A stretch of DNA of 64,000 nucleotides, from positions 8,200 to 72,199 of the forward strand of contig DASTRJ010000028.1 in the NCBI GenBank assembly GCA_035761245.1, given 5' to 3'. The translations under genes were made by a program, and so were the position numbers. Positions 26,335-37,336 of the stretch are shown here, piece after piece. The notes under the pieces were generated by a model, which ran no database searches, was not told where the DNA came from, and saw only the letters and a list, made by a program, of their open reading frames with translations. How positions within the stretch are numbered: the first letter of the stretch is position 1; each line of letters begins with the position of its first letter. The DNA comes from Capillimicrobium sp. (GTDB taxonomy: Bacteria; Actinomycetota; Thermoleophilia; Solirubrobacterales; Solirubrobacteraceae).

Positions 26335-28080
26335 GTGTCCGCGCCCTCGCTGTATCGCCGTCACCGCCCGCGGAGCTTCGCCGACGTGGTGGGCCAGGAG
26401 CACGTCGTCCGCACGCTCTCCAACGCCGTCCAGCAGGGGAAGGTGCACCACGCGAACCTGTTCGTCGGCTCCCGCGGCACCGGCAAGACGTCGATGGCCA
26501 AGATCCTCGCGTCGTGCCTGAACTGCGTGAACGGGCCGACCGTCTCGCCGTGCGGCGTGTGCGACTCGTGCGTGTCGATCGCCAACGCCACCTCGATGGA
26601 CGTCATCGAGATGGACGCGGCCTCGAACAACTCGGTCGACGACATCCGCGACCTGCGCGAGCGGGTGGCGTTCGCGCCGGTGAGCGGGCGCCACAAGGTG
26701 TACATCCTCGACGAGGCGCACATGCTCTCGTCGCAGGCGTGGAACGCGTTCCTCAAGACGCTCGAGGAGCCGCCGCCGAACACGATCTTCGTGCTCGCGA
26801 CGACCGAGGCCAACAAGGTGCTGCCGACGGTCGTCGACCGCTGCCACCGCTTCGACTTCAAGCGCCCGACGGCCGACCAGGTCGCCTCCGTGATCCGCCG
26901 CGTGGCGGCGAGCGAGTCGATCGACATCGGCCCCGAGGCGGTCGCGCTCATCGCCCGCCACGCGACCGGCTCGTTCCGCGACGCGCTCGGCACGCTCGAG
27001 CAGCTCGTCACCTACTCGGGCTCGTCGATCGCGCTCGAGGACGTGCTCGCCGTGCTCGGCGTGGCCGACCGCGACCTCCTGTTCGACGCGCTCGACGCCG
27101 TCGGGGGCGGCGACGCCCGCGCCGCGCTGCTGGCCGCCGATCGCCTGGCACAGTCCGGCCGCGATGCCGCGACGTTCGTGCGCGACCTCGAGGGCCACGC
27201 GCGCGAGCTGCTCGTCGTGCGGACGCTGGGCGGCGAGGTGCCGGCCGAGCTCGCGCTCTCGCCCGAGCACGACGCGCGGCTGGCCGAGCAGGCCGCGCGG
27301 GTGCCGATGGCGTCGGTGGTGCGGCTGCTCGACCTGCTCGCCGCGGCGATGGAGGCCGTGCGCAACGGCGCCGACGCGCGCACGCAGCTGGAGCTCGCGC
27401 TCGTGAAGGCCGCGACGCCGGAGGTCGACGCGTCGACGAAGGCGCTGCTGGCGCGGATCGACCGGCTCGAGGCGATGGTGGCCAGCGGAGCGCTCGCCCC
27501 GCCCGCGCCGGCCCGGGCGGCCGACGCGCCCGTCCCCGCGCCCGACGTGCCGGCCCCGCCACCGCCGGAGCAGCCGTCGCCCCCGCCGCCTCCGCCGGAC
27601 GTGCCCGCGCCCCCGCCGCCCGAGGCGCCCGCGCCGCCGCCCCGGCCTGCGGAGCGGTCCGAGCCCGAGCCCGAGCCCGAGCCCGCCGCGTCGCCGGTGG
27701 CCGTCGCCGCGTCGCCGAGCGTGGAGACGCTCGTCGAGCTGTGGCCCGCGATCCTCGACACCGTGCGGGCCGAGAACGGCCTGCTCGCGGCGATCCTCAG
27801 CAGCGCGCGGCCCGTGGGCATCGACGGCCCGACGGCCACGTTCGCCTTCCCGCAGTCCGAGGCGTTCGGCCACCGCAAGGCCGAGGACGCCGCCAACCGG
27901 CAGATCGTCGCGCAGGCGCTGCGCGCGGTCACCGGCCACGAGCTGCACCCGACGTTCGAGCTTCGCGACGAGCTGCCGATCGAGGACGTGCCGCCGCCGC
28001 CCACCGAGGACGAGTGGATCGCGCGCTTCAAGGAGGCGTTCGACGCCGAAGAGCTGACCCCCGACGAGGAGCTGTCCTAG
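26335..28080 (+). CDS. dnaX: DNA polymerase III subunit gamma/tau
   Basis: LYRRHRP..F..VVGQ, GSRGTGKT, C4 zinc module, EMDAASN and LDEAHML motifs; Pro-rich linker. Confidence 0.97.
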   Translation: MSAPSLYRRHRPRSFADVVGQEHVVRTLSNAVQQGKVHHANLFVGSRGTGKTSMAKILASCLNCVNGPTVSPCGVCDSCVSIANATSMDVIEMDAASNNSVDDIRDLRERVAFAPVSGRHKVYILDEAHMLSSQAWNAFLKTLEEPPPNTIFVLATTEANKVLPTVVDRCHRFDFKRPTADQVASVIRRVAASESIDIGPEAVALIARHATGSFRDALGTLEQLVTYSGSSIALEDVLAVLGVADRDLLFDALDAVGGGDARAALLAADRLAQSGRDAATFVRDLEGHARELLVVRTLGGEVPAELALSPEHDARLAEQAARVPMASVVRLLDLLAAAMEAVRNGADARTQLELALVKAATPEVDASTKALLARIDRLEAMVASGALAPPAPARAADAPVPAPDVPAPPPPEQPSPPPPPPDVPAPPPPEAPAPPPRPAERSEPEPEPEPAASPVAVAASPSVETLVELWPAILDTVRAENGLLAAILSSARPVGIDGPTATFAFPQSEAFGHRKAEDAANRQIVAQALRAVTGHELHPTFELRDELPIEDVPPPPTEDEWIARFKEAFDAEELTPDEELS

Positions 28081-28128
28081 TGGGCCTCCTCGAAGCCTTC
28101 CACCCGTAACGCTTCAAGGAGACCCACC

Positions 28129-28476
28129 GTGCCCCAGCCGAACATGCAGCAGATGCTCAAGCAGGTCCAGAAGATGCAGCAGGACATGATGGCCGCGCAG
28201 GAGCAGCTCAAGAACGAGGTCGTGGAGGCCTCCGCGGGCGGCGGCATGGTCACCGTGAAGGTCTCCGGCGACCTCGAGGTCAAGGACGTCAAGATCCAGC
28301 CCGACGCCGTCGACCCCGACGACGTCGAGCTGCTGCAGGACCTCGTCCTCGCGGCGATCAACGAGGGGCTGCGCGCCGCGCAGGAGCTGGCGGCCACCAA
28401 GATGGGCGGCGTCACCGGCGGCCTCGACCTCGGCGGCCTCGGCGGGCCGGGCGGCTTCCCCGGCCTCGGTCGGTGA
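28129..28476 (+). CDS. ybaB: YbaB/EbfC nucleoid-associated protein
   Basis: AGGGMVTV..G and DVELLQDLVLAA motifs; dnaX-ybaB-recR synteny. Confidence 0.95.
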   Translation: MPQPNMQQMLKQVQKMQQDMMAAQEQLKNEVVEASAGGGMVTVKVSGDLEVKDVKIQPDAVDPDDVELLQDLVLAAINEGLRAAQELAATKMGGVTGGLDLGGLGGPGGFPGLGR

Positions 28477-29072
28477 ACGCGCCGCCGATCCAGCGGCTCG
28501 TCACCGAGCTGGCGAAGCTGCCGGGGATCGGCAACCGCACGGCGCAGCGGCTGGCGTTCCACATCCTCCGCGTCGACGCCGACGAGGCCAACGCGCTCGC
28601 GGACGCCATCCGCGAGGTCAAGGAGCGCATCGGGCTGTGCGAGGTCTGCTTCAACCTCGCCGACGGCCCGCGCTGCCGGATCTGCCTGGACGAGCGGCGC
28701 GACCCGTCGATCATCTGCGTCGTCGAGGAGCCCAACGACGTGGTGCCGATCGAGCGCACGCACGAGTTCCCGGGCCGGTACCACGTGCTCGGCGGCGCGC
28801 TGTCGCCGATCGACGGCGTCGACCCTGAGGACCTGAAGATCGCCGAGCTCTACCGGCGCGTCGCCGAGGGCGGCATCCGCGAGGTCGTGCTCGCCACCAA
28901 CCCCACGACGACCGGCGAGGCGACCGCGCTGTTCATCGCCGACGCGCTGCGCGAGCGCGCCCCCGAGGTGACGGTCACGCGGCTGGCGTCCGGCCTCCCG
29001 GTCGGCTCGGACCTCGAGTACGCCGACGAGGTGACCCTGGGCCGGGCGTTCGCCGGGCGGCGCGCGGTCTAG
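28473..29072 (+). CDS. recR: Recombination mediator RecR
   Basis: LPGIG HhH, C4 zinc finger, TOPRIM and GLPVGSDLEYAD motifs. Confidence 0.97.
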   Translation: MNAPPIQRLVTELAKLPGIGNRTAQRLAFHILRVDADEANALADAIREVKERIGLCEVCFNLADGPRCRICLDERRDPSIICVVEEPNDVVPIERTHEFPGRYHVLGGALSPIDGVDPEDLKIAELYRRVAEGGIREVVLATNPTTTGEATALFIADALRERAPEVTVTRLASGLPVGSDLEYADEVTLGRAFAGRRAV

Positions 29073-30039
29073 GTCGGAGCAGCGCCCGGAGGGTGGCCGC
29101 GACCCGGGCGGGCTCGTCGGCGACCTGCCGGTCGGTGAGCCGGATGACGCGCTGGCCCGCGGCGGTCAGGTCCTGATCGCGGGCCCGGTCGCCGTGGAAG
29201 GCGGCCGCGCCGCCGTGCGTCCCGAGCGTGTCGAGCTCGACGACGAGGGCGTCGCCGGGCCAGTGCAGGTCGACCTCGTGGCCGGCGACGAGCGCGTTGA
29301 CGCTCGGCCGCGGCAGCCCGTGGCGCTCGATCAGCGCCAGCGTCGCTCGTTCGAGCTCAGAGCGCGTCCAGGCGTGCTCGGGCCGGTACGCCGCGAGCGC
29401 GGCGCGCAGCCTCCGCGTGCCGCGCCGCCGCGGGGCGCGAGCGACGATCGCGTCGATCTCGCGCAGGTCGAGCAGCGCCGCGCGCTCGGCCGCCACGATC
29501 GCCCGCTCGAGGCGCGCCTGGGACTCGACCGCCGCCAGGTCCACGATCGTCCGCGCGACGGTCGTGATCGGCAGCGCTCCAAGCATGGTGCGCTCGGAGG
29601 GATGCAGGCGGCACCGGTGGGCGTCGATCCCGTCGAGCGCCCGACCCGCCGCCCCCGCCGTGATCACGTCGAAGCGCGGGCGATGCGTCGTGAGCAGCCC
29701 CCATGCCGCCGCAGCCGATCGGTGTGAGAGCACGGCGCCGGGCCCGCACGCGAGCACGGCGGCGAGCCGCCGGCCGTTCGGCGTCAGGGCGGCGTGACCG
29801 TACGCGTAGACGCCGCGGTGGATCCGGACGAGCCGGCCCGCGGCGAGCCAACGCGAGATCGCCGCGCGAGACAGTCCGGCGGCGAGCAGATCTCGCGTCG
29901 AGAGCACGCCGTCCTGCGCCGCGGCGACCCGGGCGACACGACGAGTGGCGAGTTCGTCTCGGTCAGCGAGCGAAACTCGCCACTCGTTGCCGGGGGTGTG
30001 GGGCGGGGTGGGCGAGCGGGGGCTTGGTGTCGACGGCAT
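28975..30039 (-). CDS. AbiEi-type N-terminal wHTH plus DUF559-like nuclease domain protein (start uncertain)
   Basis: AAAQDGV...RIHRGVY, LSHRSAA, TTVARTIVD, SELE, VDLHW..LVVELD and DRARD motifs. Confidence 0.8.
   Translation of the reverse strand: MPSTPSPRSPTPPHTPGNEWRVSLADRDELATRRVARVAAAQDGVLSTRDLLAAGLSRAAISRWLAAGRLVRIHRGVYAYGHAALTPNGRRLAAVLACGPGAVLSHRSAAAAWGLLTTHRPRFDVITAGAAGRALDGIDAHRCRLHPSERTMLGALPITTVARTIVDLAAVESQARLERAIVAAERAALLDLREIDAIVARAPRRRGTRRLRAALAAYRPEHAWTRSELERATLALIERHGLPRPSVNALVAGHEVDLHWPGDALVVELDTLGTHGGAAAFHGDRARDQDLTAAGQRVIRLTDRQVADEPARVAATLRALLRPRPRAARRTPGPGSPRRRTRGPSRPGGRTPAA
29941..29987. repeat. REP-like inverted repeat
   Basis: acgagtggcgagtt ... aactcgccactcgt, a perfect 14-bp stem. 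Confidence 0.75.
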
Positions 30040-30109
30040 GCCGCCGAGCCTGCCGCGCGAGGTGTGCCACGTGGCACGCGCTTCGTGACCAATCCGCGAC
30101 GGCGCGCCG

Positions 30110-31261
30110 CTAGGACGCCGCCGCCGCGGCGCGCAGCGCGAGATACGCCGCCGCGGTGTCGCGCGGGCGGCTGAGGTCGAGGCCGGTCAGCTCCTCGATG
30201 CGGCCGATGCGGTACGCGAGCGTGTTGCGGTGGACGTGCAGGGCGCGGCTCGTCGCGGCGCGGTCGAAGTGGCAGGCGACGAGCGTCTCCAGCGTCCGCA
30301 GGAGGTCCGCGGCGCCGGGGCCCTCGAGCGGGTCGAGGACCTGCTCGCGCAGGCAGCGCGCCAGCGCCGGGGACCGAGCGAGGAGCAGCTCGAGGAGGTG
30401 CTCGTCGGTGCGCACCACGCCGCGGCGCCCGGCCGCCCGCGCGATCTCCACGAGGTGCTCGACGTCGCGACGGGCGTCGGCGAGCTCGGCGAGCGCCGTC
30501 GCGGAGCCGAGCGCCAGCACCGCCGCCTCGCCGGCGCCGATCTGGCGGTCGGTCGGCGCGGCTGCCGCCAGTCCGAAGACGCGGTCGCCCTCGGTCACCG
30601 CCGCGGCCACCCGGCGGACCCGCAGCCGCGCCGCGAGCGCCGCATGCTCGCGCGGGCTCGCGCCGTCGACCGCGACCGCGAACGGCACGAGCCGCGGCCG
30701 GTCCGCGAGCTCGAGCCGCTCCGCCAGCTCACGCTCGGCGCCGGCCAGGGCCGCGCCGTCGAGCAGCCGCTCGACGAGCCGCCGGCAGGGTCGCTCGTCC
30801 TCGGCGGCCAGCTCGTCGCGGCGCGCGAGGTAGGTCTGCGTCACGACGTCGGAGACGAGGTCGAGGTACTCGGCCAGCAGCGCGGCGGCGTCGAGCAGCG
30901 CCTCGCCGTCGTCGGGGCCGGCGGCCCTGCGGAGCACCTCCCAGCCCATCCGCGTGCCGACCCGGTAGGCCCGCAGCAGGTCCTCGAGCGGCACGCCCTC
31001 CGCCGCCCGCCGCCGCACCGAGGCGCGCAGGAGGTCGAGGTCCTCGTCGTCCGGCGGCGTCCGCGTGGTCACGTAGCGCGTCCAGCGCCGCAGGTTGCGC
31101 TCGCACGACTCGACGACCTCGCGCTCGGCCACCGCCGGCGACAGGTGGGCGTAGGCGGGCACCGACCGGCGCAGCTGCGCCGCGATCTCGCGTGCCACCG
31201 CGGCTCGCGGGAGGCGTCCCACGAGGTCGACAATGCGCTCCTGAGCGCTCAGCGGCGGCAT
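30110..31261 (-). CDS. PucR/CdaR family transcriptional regulator
   Basis: LHVHRNTLAYRIGRIEELTG HTH; LLRAYRVG N-terminal motif. Confidence 0.92.
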   Translation of the reverse strand: MPPLSAQERIVDLVGRLPRAAVAREIAAQLRRSVPAYAHLSPAVAEREVVESCERNLRRWTRYVTTRTPPDDEDLDLLRASVRRRAAEGVPLEDLLRAYRVGTRMGWEVLRRAAGPDDGEALLDAAALLAEYLDLVSDVVTQTYLARRDELAAEDERPCRRLVERLLDGAALAGAERELAERLELADRPRLVPFAVAVDGASPREHAALAARLRVRRVAAAVTEGDRVFGLAAAAPTDRQIGAGEAAVLALGSATALAELADARRDVEHLVEIARAAGRRGVVRTDEHLLELLLARSPALARCLREQVLDPLEGPGAADLLRTLETLVACHFDRAATSRALHVHRNTLAYRIGRIEELTGLDLSRPRDTAAAYLALRAAAAAS

Positions 31262-31428
31262 TCGGGTCGAATGATGCCAACGACCAACCGGGCGCGGGGA
31301 ACGTCGGGCACGTGCACGACGACAACCGCCGCGCCGGATGGCACCGTTGGACCCGGCGTGCGAGCCGTCGCGCCGCACGCGGGCGTCGAACGCCCACCGT
31401 CCGGTCCAGCACGAGGAGGAGAGACCTC

Positions 31429-32079
31429 TTGCCGTCCAAGCGCCTGATCGCGGCCGCCGCCGCGATCGTCACCCTCGCCCTGCCCGCCGCCGCGCAGGCC
31501 CGCGAGCCGATCCTGTTCGTCCACGGGTGGGCGAGCGACGGGTCGGTCTGGAACACGATGATCAGCCGCTTCCAGGCCGATGGCTACACCTCGGCGGAGC
31601 TCAACAACTGGTCGTACAACACGTCGCAGTCCAACGCGACGACCGCGAGCCAGATCGCCACCAAGGTCGATCAGATCCGCCAGCAGACGGGAGCCGCGAA
31701 GGTCGACATCGTCACCCACTCGATGGGCGGCCTGTCGTCGCGCTACTACCTGAAGAACCTCGGCGGCCAGTCCTACGTCGACGACTGGGTCTCGCTCGGC
31801 GGGCCGAACCACGGCACCGACACGGCGAACTTCTGCTTCTCGACGGCCTGCACCGAGATGCGGATCGGCTCGACGTTCCTCACGCAGCTCAACAGCGGCG
31901 ACGAGACGCCCGGCGCGGTCACCTACCTCACCTGGTGGTCGCCCTGCGACTCGATCATCAACCCGGATTCGAGCGTCTCGCTGAGCGGCGCGACGAACAC
32001 GAAGACGGCCTGCATCAGCCACACGAACCTGCCGAACGACGCCACCGTCTACGCGCAGGTCCGCAACGCCATCCAGTAA
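31429..32079 (+). CDS. Secreted lipase/esterase (Lipase_2-like)
   Basis: TTG start after GAGGAGG; signal peptide; FVHGW, THSMGG, Asp and His motifs. Confidence 0.9.
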   Translation: MPSKRLIAAAAAIVTLALPAAAQAREPILFVHGWASDGSVWNTMISRFQADGYTSAELNNWSYNTSQSNATTASQIATKVDQIRQQTGAAKVDIVTHSMGGLSSRYYLKNLGGQSYVDDWVSLGGPNHGTDTANFCFSTACTEMRIGSTFLTQLNSGDETPGAVTYLTWWSPCDSIINPDSSVSLSGATNTKTACISHTNLPNDATVYAQVRNAIQ

Positions 32080-32104
32080 CCCCGGTCCTCGAGAGGAGAA
32101 CCCG

Positions 32105-32752
32105 TTGTCCAAGCGCCTGATCGCGGCCGCCGCCGCGATCGTCACCCTCGCCCTGCCCGCCGCCGCGCAGGCTCACGACCCGATCCTGTTCGTCCACGGC
32201 TGGAGCGAGAGCAGCTCCATCTGGAACACGATGATCAGCCGGTTCCAGGCCGACGGCTGGACGTCGTCGGAGCTCAACAACTGGTCGTACAACACGTCGC
32301 AGTCCAACGTCACGACGGCGAACGCGATCGCCAGCAAGGTGTCGCAGATCCGCCAGCAGACGGGGGCGGCGAAGGTCGACATCATCACCCACTCGATGGG
32401 CGGCCTCTCGTCGCGCTACTACATCAAGAACCTCGGCGGCGGCGCCTACGTCGACGACTGGGTCTCGCTCGGCGGGCCGAACCACGGCACCGACACCGCG
32501 AACCTCTGCTCGCAGACGTCGTGCGTCGAGATGCGGATCGGCTCGTCGTTCCTCACGCAGCTCAACAGCGGGGACGAGACGCCGGGCGCGGTGAGCTACT
32601 TCACGTGGTGGTCGCCGTGCGACACCGTCATCAACCCCGACTCGAGCGTCGCGCTGAGCGGTGCGTCGAACACCAAGACGGCGTGCCTGAGCCACTCGGA
32701 CCTCTACTCGGACCCGACGGTCTACGGCCAGGTCCGCGACTCGGTCCGCTAG
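32105..32752 (+). CDS. Secreted lipase/esterase, tandem paralog
   Basis: Same motifs; highly similar to 31429-32079. Confidence 0.9.
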   Translation: MSKRLIAAAAAIVTLALPAAAQAHDPILFVHGWSESSSIWNTMISRFQADGWTSSELNNWSYNTSQSNVTTANAIASKVSQIRQQTGAAKVDIITHSMGGLSSRYYIKNLGGGAYVDDWVSLGGPNHGTDTANLCSQTSCVEMRIGSSFLTQLNSGDETPGAVSYFTWWSPCDTVINPDSSVALSGASNTKTACLSHSDLYSDPTVYGQVRDSVR

Positions 32753-32759
32753 CGCCCCG

Positions 32760-33872
32760 TCACCGCGCGTAGCGCTCGCGCAGGAGCCTGACCCGCGCGA
32801 GCGCCTCCGCGGCGCGGGCGCGCAACGCGGGATCCCGGCGCAGGCCGGCCAGGACCGCCTCGTAGGCGGCCTCCTGGTCGGCCGCGTCGCCGGGCACCCA
32901 CAGCAGGTCGGCTCCGGCGCGCAGCGCGTCGACCGCCGCGCGCGCGGTCGTGCCGCCCGTCACCGCCGTCACGGCGGTGAGGTCGCCGCTGAGGGCCACC
33001 CCGCCGAACCCGGCGCCGCGGCGCAGCAGGTCGTAGGCCTCCGGCGCCAGCGTCGCCGGCGTGACGCCGTCCCACATCGCGTAGACGGCGTCGCTCATCT
33101 GCATGACCGGGGCCTCGCGGGCGGCCGCCGCGAACGGCCGCAGGTCGGCCCGCGTCAGCGTCTCGAGGTCGAGGCCGACGGTCGCGGGGCCGAGCCGCGG
33201 GTCGCCCGACGCCGCGCCCTGCCCCGGGAAGCTCCCGGGCGCGCTCGCCATCCCGGCCTCGCGGTACGCGTGCACCGCGGCCGCCACGAGGTCGGCGGCG
33301 ATCGCGGGGTCGGGCGAGAAGCCGGTCATCGCGGCCGGCCCCACCGCGCCCGCGAGGTCGGCGACGGGAGCGAGCGTGAGGTCGATGCCGAGCGGCTCGA
33401 GCGCGCGCGCCGCCGCCGTCGCCTGCAGCGCCGCCTCGCGCGCGACCGCCTGCTCGGGCTGCGGCACGGGCGGCAGCCGCGGCAGCGCCGACGCCTCGCC
33501 GCCCGCCTGGCGGATCGCCACGAGCGGCTCCTCGCGACCGGCGGCGCGCGCCCGGCGGCGGATCGCCGCCACGAGCGCGCGCACGCCCGCGGCGCTCGTC
33601 GCGTTGCCGCGCTCGATCACGACGCCGCCCCAGTCGCGGCCGGCCAGTCGCCGCACGCCGGGGTCGGATCCCGTGGTCCCGCCGAAGCCGACGAGGAAGA
33701 GCTGCGCGGCGGCCTGCTCGGGCGGCATCGGGAGCGTCGCGGCCGCGCTCCCGACGGTCCGCGCCGAGCCGTCGTCGCCCCCCGCGGAGAGCACGGCGAC
33801 GCCCGCGCCGGCGGCGAGCGCGATCGCCACGACGGCCGCGACGGCGAGCGGCCGGTACCTCGAGCCGCTCAC
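32760..33872 (-). CDS. GH3 N-terminal (NagZ-like) domain protein, catalytic motifs degenerate
   Basis: QLFLVGF, LAPVADL, FPGQG, DLRPF, GFGGV and AGADLL scaffold motifs; N-terminal TM/signal segment. Confidence 0.8.
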   Translation of the reverse strand: MSGSRYRPLAVAAVVAIALAAGAGVAVLSAGGDDGSARTVGSAAATLPMPPEQAAAQLFLVGFGGTTGSDPGVRRLAGRDWGGVVIERGNATSAAGVRALVAAIRRRARAAGREEPLVAIRQAGGEASALPRLPPVPQPEQAVAREAALQATAAARALEPLGIDLTLAPVADLAGAVGPAAMTGFSPDPAIAADLVAAAVHAYREAGMASAPGSFPGQGAASGDPRLGPATVGLDLETLTRADLRPFAAAAREAPVMQMSDAVYAMWDGVTPATLAPEAYDLLRRGAGFGGVALSGDLTAVTAVTGGTTARAAVDALRAGADLLWVPGDAADQEAAYEAVLAGLRRDPALRARAAEALARVRLLRERYAR

Positions 33873-33893
33873 CCTTTACCCTCCATCTCTCGC

Positions 33894-35155
33894 ATGCCGG
33901 GAACCGTGGTCATGAAGTTCGGCGGGACCTCCGTCGCCGACGCCGAGCGCATCAAGCGCGCGGCGCGCCGCATCGTCGCCAAGCGCGAGGAGGGCCTGCG
34001 CGTCGTCGCCGTCCTCAGCGCGCGCGGCAAGACGACCGACGAGCTGATCGCCTGGGCCCAGGAGATCTCGCCCGACCCGGACCCTCGCGAGATGGACATG
34101 CTGCTCTCCACGGGTGAGCGGCAGTCTTGCGCGTTGTGCGCGATGGCGATCAACGACCTCGGCCATCGGGCGATCTCGCTGACCGGGTCGCAGGCCGGCA
34201 TCGTCACGGACACGTCGCACACGAAGGCCCGCATCCTGGAGGTCCGGGCGGACCGCATCCGCGACGCGCTGGACGCGGGCAACATCGTGCTCGTCGCCGG
34301 GTTCCAGGGCGTCTCGACCGCCAAGGACGTCACCACGCTCGGGCGCGGCGGCTCCGACACGACCGCGGTGGCGCTCGCGGCCGCCGTCGACGCCGACGAG
34401 TGCGAGATCTACACCGACGTCGCCGGCGTCTTCTCCGCGGATCCGCGGATCGTGCCGGACGCGCGCAAGCTCCCGGTCGTCTCGTTCGAGGAGATGCTCG
34501 AGATGTCGGCCTCCGGGGCCGGCGTCCTGCAGCTGCGGTCGGTCGAGTACGCGCGCAACCACGGCGTGCGCATCCACTGCCGGTCGAGCTTCGACGACGC
34601 GCCCGGTACCGTTGTCGTGGGAGAACAGGAGACCGTGGAGAACCCGCTCATCACCGCCGTCACGCACTCGACCGGCGAGGCTCGCGTGACGCTCACCGAC
34701 GTGCCCGACACGCCCGGCGTCGCCGGCCGCCTCACGACCGTGCTGGCGGAGGCCAACGTCAACATCGACATGATCGTCCAGAACGAGCCCGTGTCGGAGG
34801 GCGCCCGCGCCGAGATGTCGTTCACCGTCCCGCGCGACGAGCTGTCGGCCGCGCGCCGGGCGCTCGAGCCGATCACCACCGAGCTCGGCATGGGCCTGCT
34901 CGCGGACGAGTCGATGGGCAAGGTCTCCGTCGTCGGCGCCGGCATGAAGACGCACCCGGGCGTCGCCGCCAAGGTCTTCAGCGTCCTCGGCGAGGAGGGC
35001 ATCAACATCGAGATGATCTCCACGTCGCCGATCCGCATCTCGTGCGTCATCCCGGGCGACCAGGTGCCGAACGCGGTGCGCAGCCTGCACAGCGCCTTCG
35101 GCCTGGCCGGCCCCGACACGATCCGGCCCGAGCAGCCGTTCGGGGAGTTCGCGTC

Positions 35156-35159
<4 letters not shown>
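33894..35159 (+). CDS. ask: Aspartate kinase
   Basis: KFGGTSV and [12 protein letters not shown] motifs; two ACT domains. Confidence 0.97.
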
Positions 35160-36190
<1,031 letters not shown>

Positions 36191-36192
36191 CG

Positions 36193-36522
36193 CTAGCCGG
36201 CCGCCTTCGCCAGCTTCTGCAGCTCGGCCGGCGGGATGTTGGCCGTGTAGTTGCCCTCGTCGTCCTTGAGCGTCACGACGATGCGCGCCGTCTCGTCGCC
36301 GATGCCGGTCAGCTCGCAGTCGAACTCGGCGCCCTTCTTCAGCTCCTGGTCGTCGGGGCAGGAGACCGAGACCTCCTCGGCGGAGACGTCGAGCTGCGGG
36401 GCGAGCTGGTCCTTCAGCTGGCCTTCGAGGTCGTCGCCGTCGACCGTCTTCGAACAGGCGGAGATCGAGACGGCCGCAGCCGCCGCGGCGAGCACGGCGA
36501 GCGAGCGCTGGGCGATGGTCAT
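36193..36522 (-). CDS. Small lipoprotein (DUF4333-like)
   Basis: Lipobox ISAC; VSCP...FDC pattern. Confidence 0.75.
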   Translation of the reverse strand: MTIAQRSLAVLAAAAAAVSISACSKTVDGDDLEGQLKDQLAPQLDVSAEEVSVSCPDDQELKKGAEFDCELTGIGDETARIVVTLKDDEGNYTANIPPAELQKLAKAAG

Positions 36523-36597
36523 CGGATGGGTCCTTCCGGATCGGAGGTGGGTGCGGCGCGGGCACGCTACCGGCGCGCCCGGCGGACGCGCCCGCGC

Positions 36598-37335
36598 TCA
36601 GACCTCGAAGCGCGGCGTGAGCTCGGCGGCCAGCCGCAGCGTGTCGTCGTCGAGCCGCGCCGGCTCGAGCGCGTGCCGCCGCCCGTAGGCGTCCAGCAGC
36701 GCGGCCGTGACGGTCTCGATCGTGGCGCCGGGCGCCTCGTCGGCCACCGCCCCGGTCGTCTCGGGTGCGAGGTCGAGGCCGAGCGCGGCGTAGACGTCGT
36801 CGACGACCGCCGCGATCCGGGCGGCGTCACGCACGACGAGGACGGTGCCGACGTACGCCGCCCCGCGGACCACCCGCTGGGCGGTGCCGGTGAGCTTCAC
36901 GGCGCCGCGCGCGTTGACGCTGAAGTCGCCGGGGCAGTACTCGCCCGGGACGGCGCCCACGCGAGCGTCGACCCCGACGGCGCGCAGCGCCTCGACGAGC
37001 ACGGCCGCGGTGCTCTCGTAGCGGCGCTCGATCCCGATCGTCGCATCCGGGTCGGCGACGACCTCGCCGACCACGAGCGTGCCCTCGTGGTAGACGGCGG
37101 CGCGGCCGCCCGCGAGGCGCTCGAACGGCGTGAAGCCGTGGGCGCGGGCCGCGTCGACGGCCGCGCCGAAGCCGTCGGCCAGCGCGTCGAGCTTGCCGAA
37201 CGCCACGGCGGGCGCGTGGGCGTGGATGCGCAGCGCCCCCGGCAGCTCGCCCGCCGCGACGCGGCGCAGCAGCGCGGCGGAGACCGCCATGTCGAACGCC
37301 GGCCGCTCGCCGAAGCCCTCGCGCAGGAGCAGCAC
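36598..37335 (-). CDS. Lipoate-protein ligase family (LplA/LipL-like) catalytic domain protein
   Basis: RLAGGRAAVYH, GEYCPGDFS and KLTGTAQR motifs. Confidence 0.85.
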   Translation of the reverse strand: MLLLREGFGERPAFDMAVSAALLRRVAAGELPGALRIHAHAPAVAFGKLDALADGFGAAVDAARAHGFTPFERLAGGRAAVYHEGTLVVGEVVADPDATIGIERRYESTAAVLVEALRAVGVDARVGAVPGEYCPGDFSVNARGAVKLTGTAQRVVRGAAYVGTVLVVRDAARIAAVVDDVYAALGLDLAPETTGAVADEAPGATIETVTAALLDAYGRRHALEPARLDDDTLRLAAELTPRFEV

Positions 37336-37336
37336 G

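Noticed and set aside
27490-27700. Pro-rich and gagccc repeats in dnaX; possible gamma/tau frameshift
   Set aside because: Ordinary low-complexity linker; no A-AAA-AAG or poly-A slippery site is visible.
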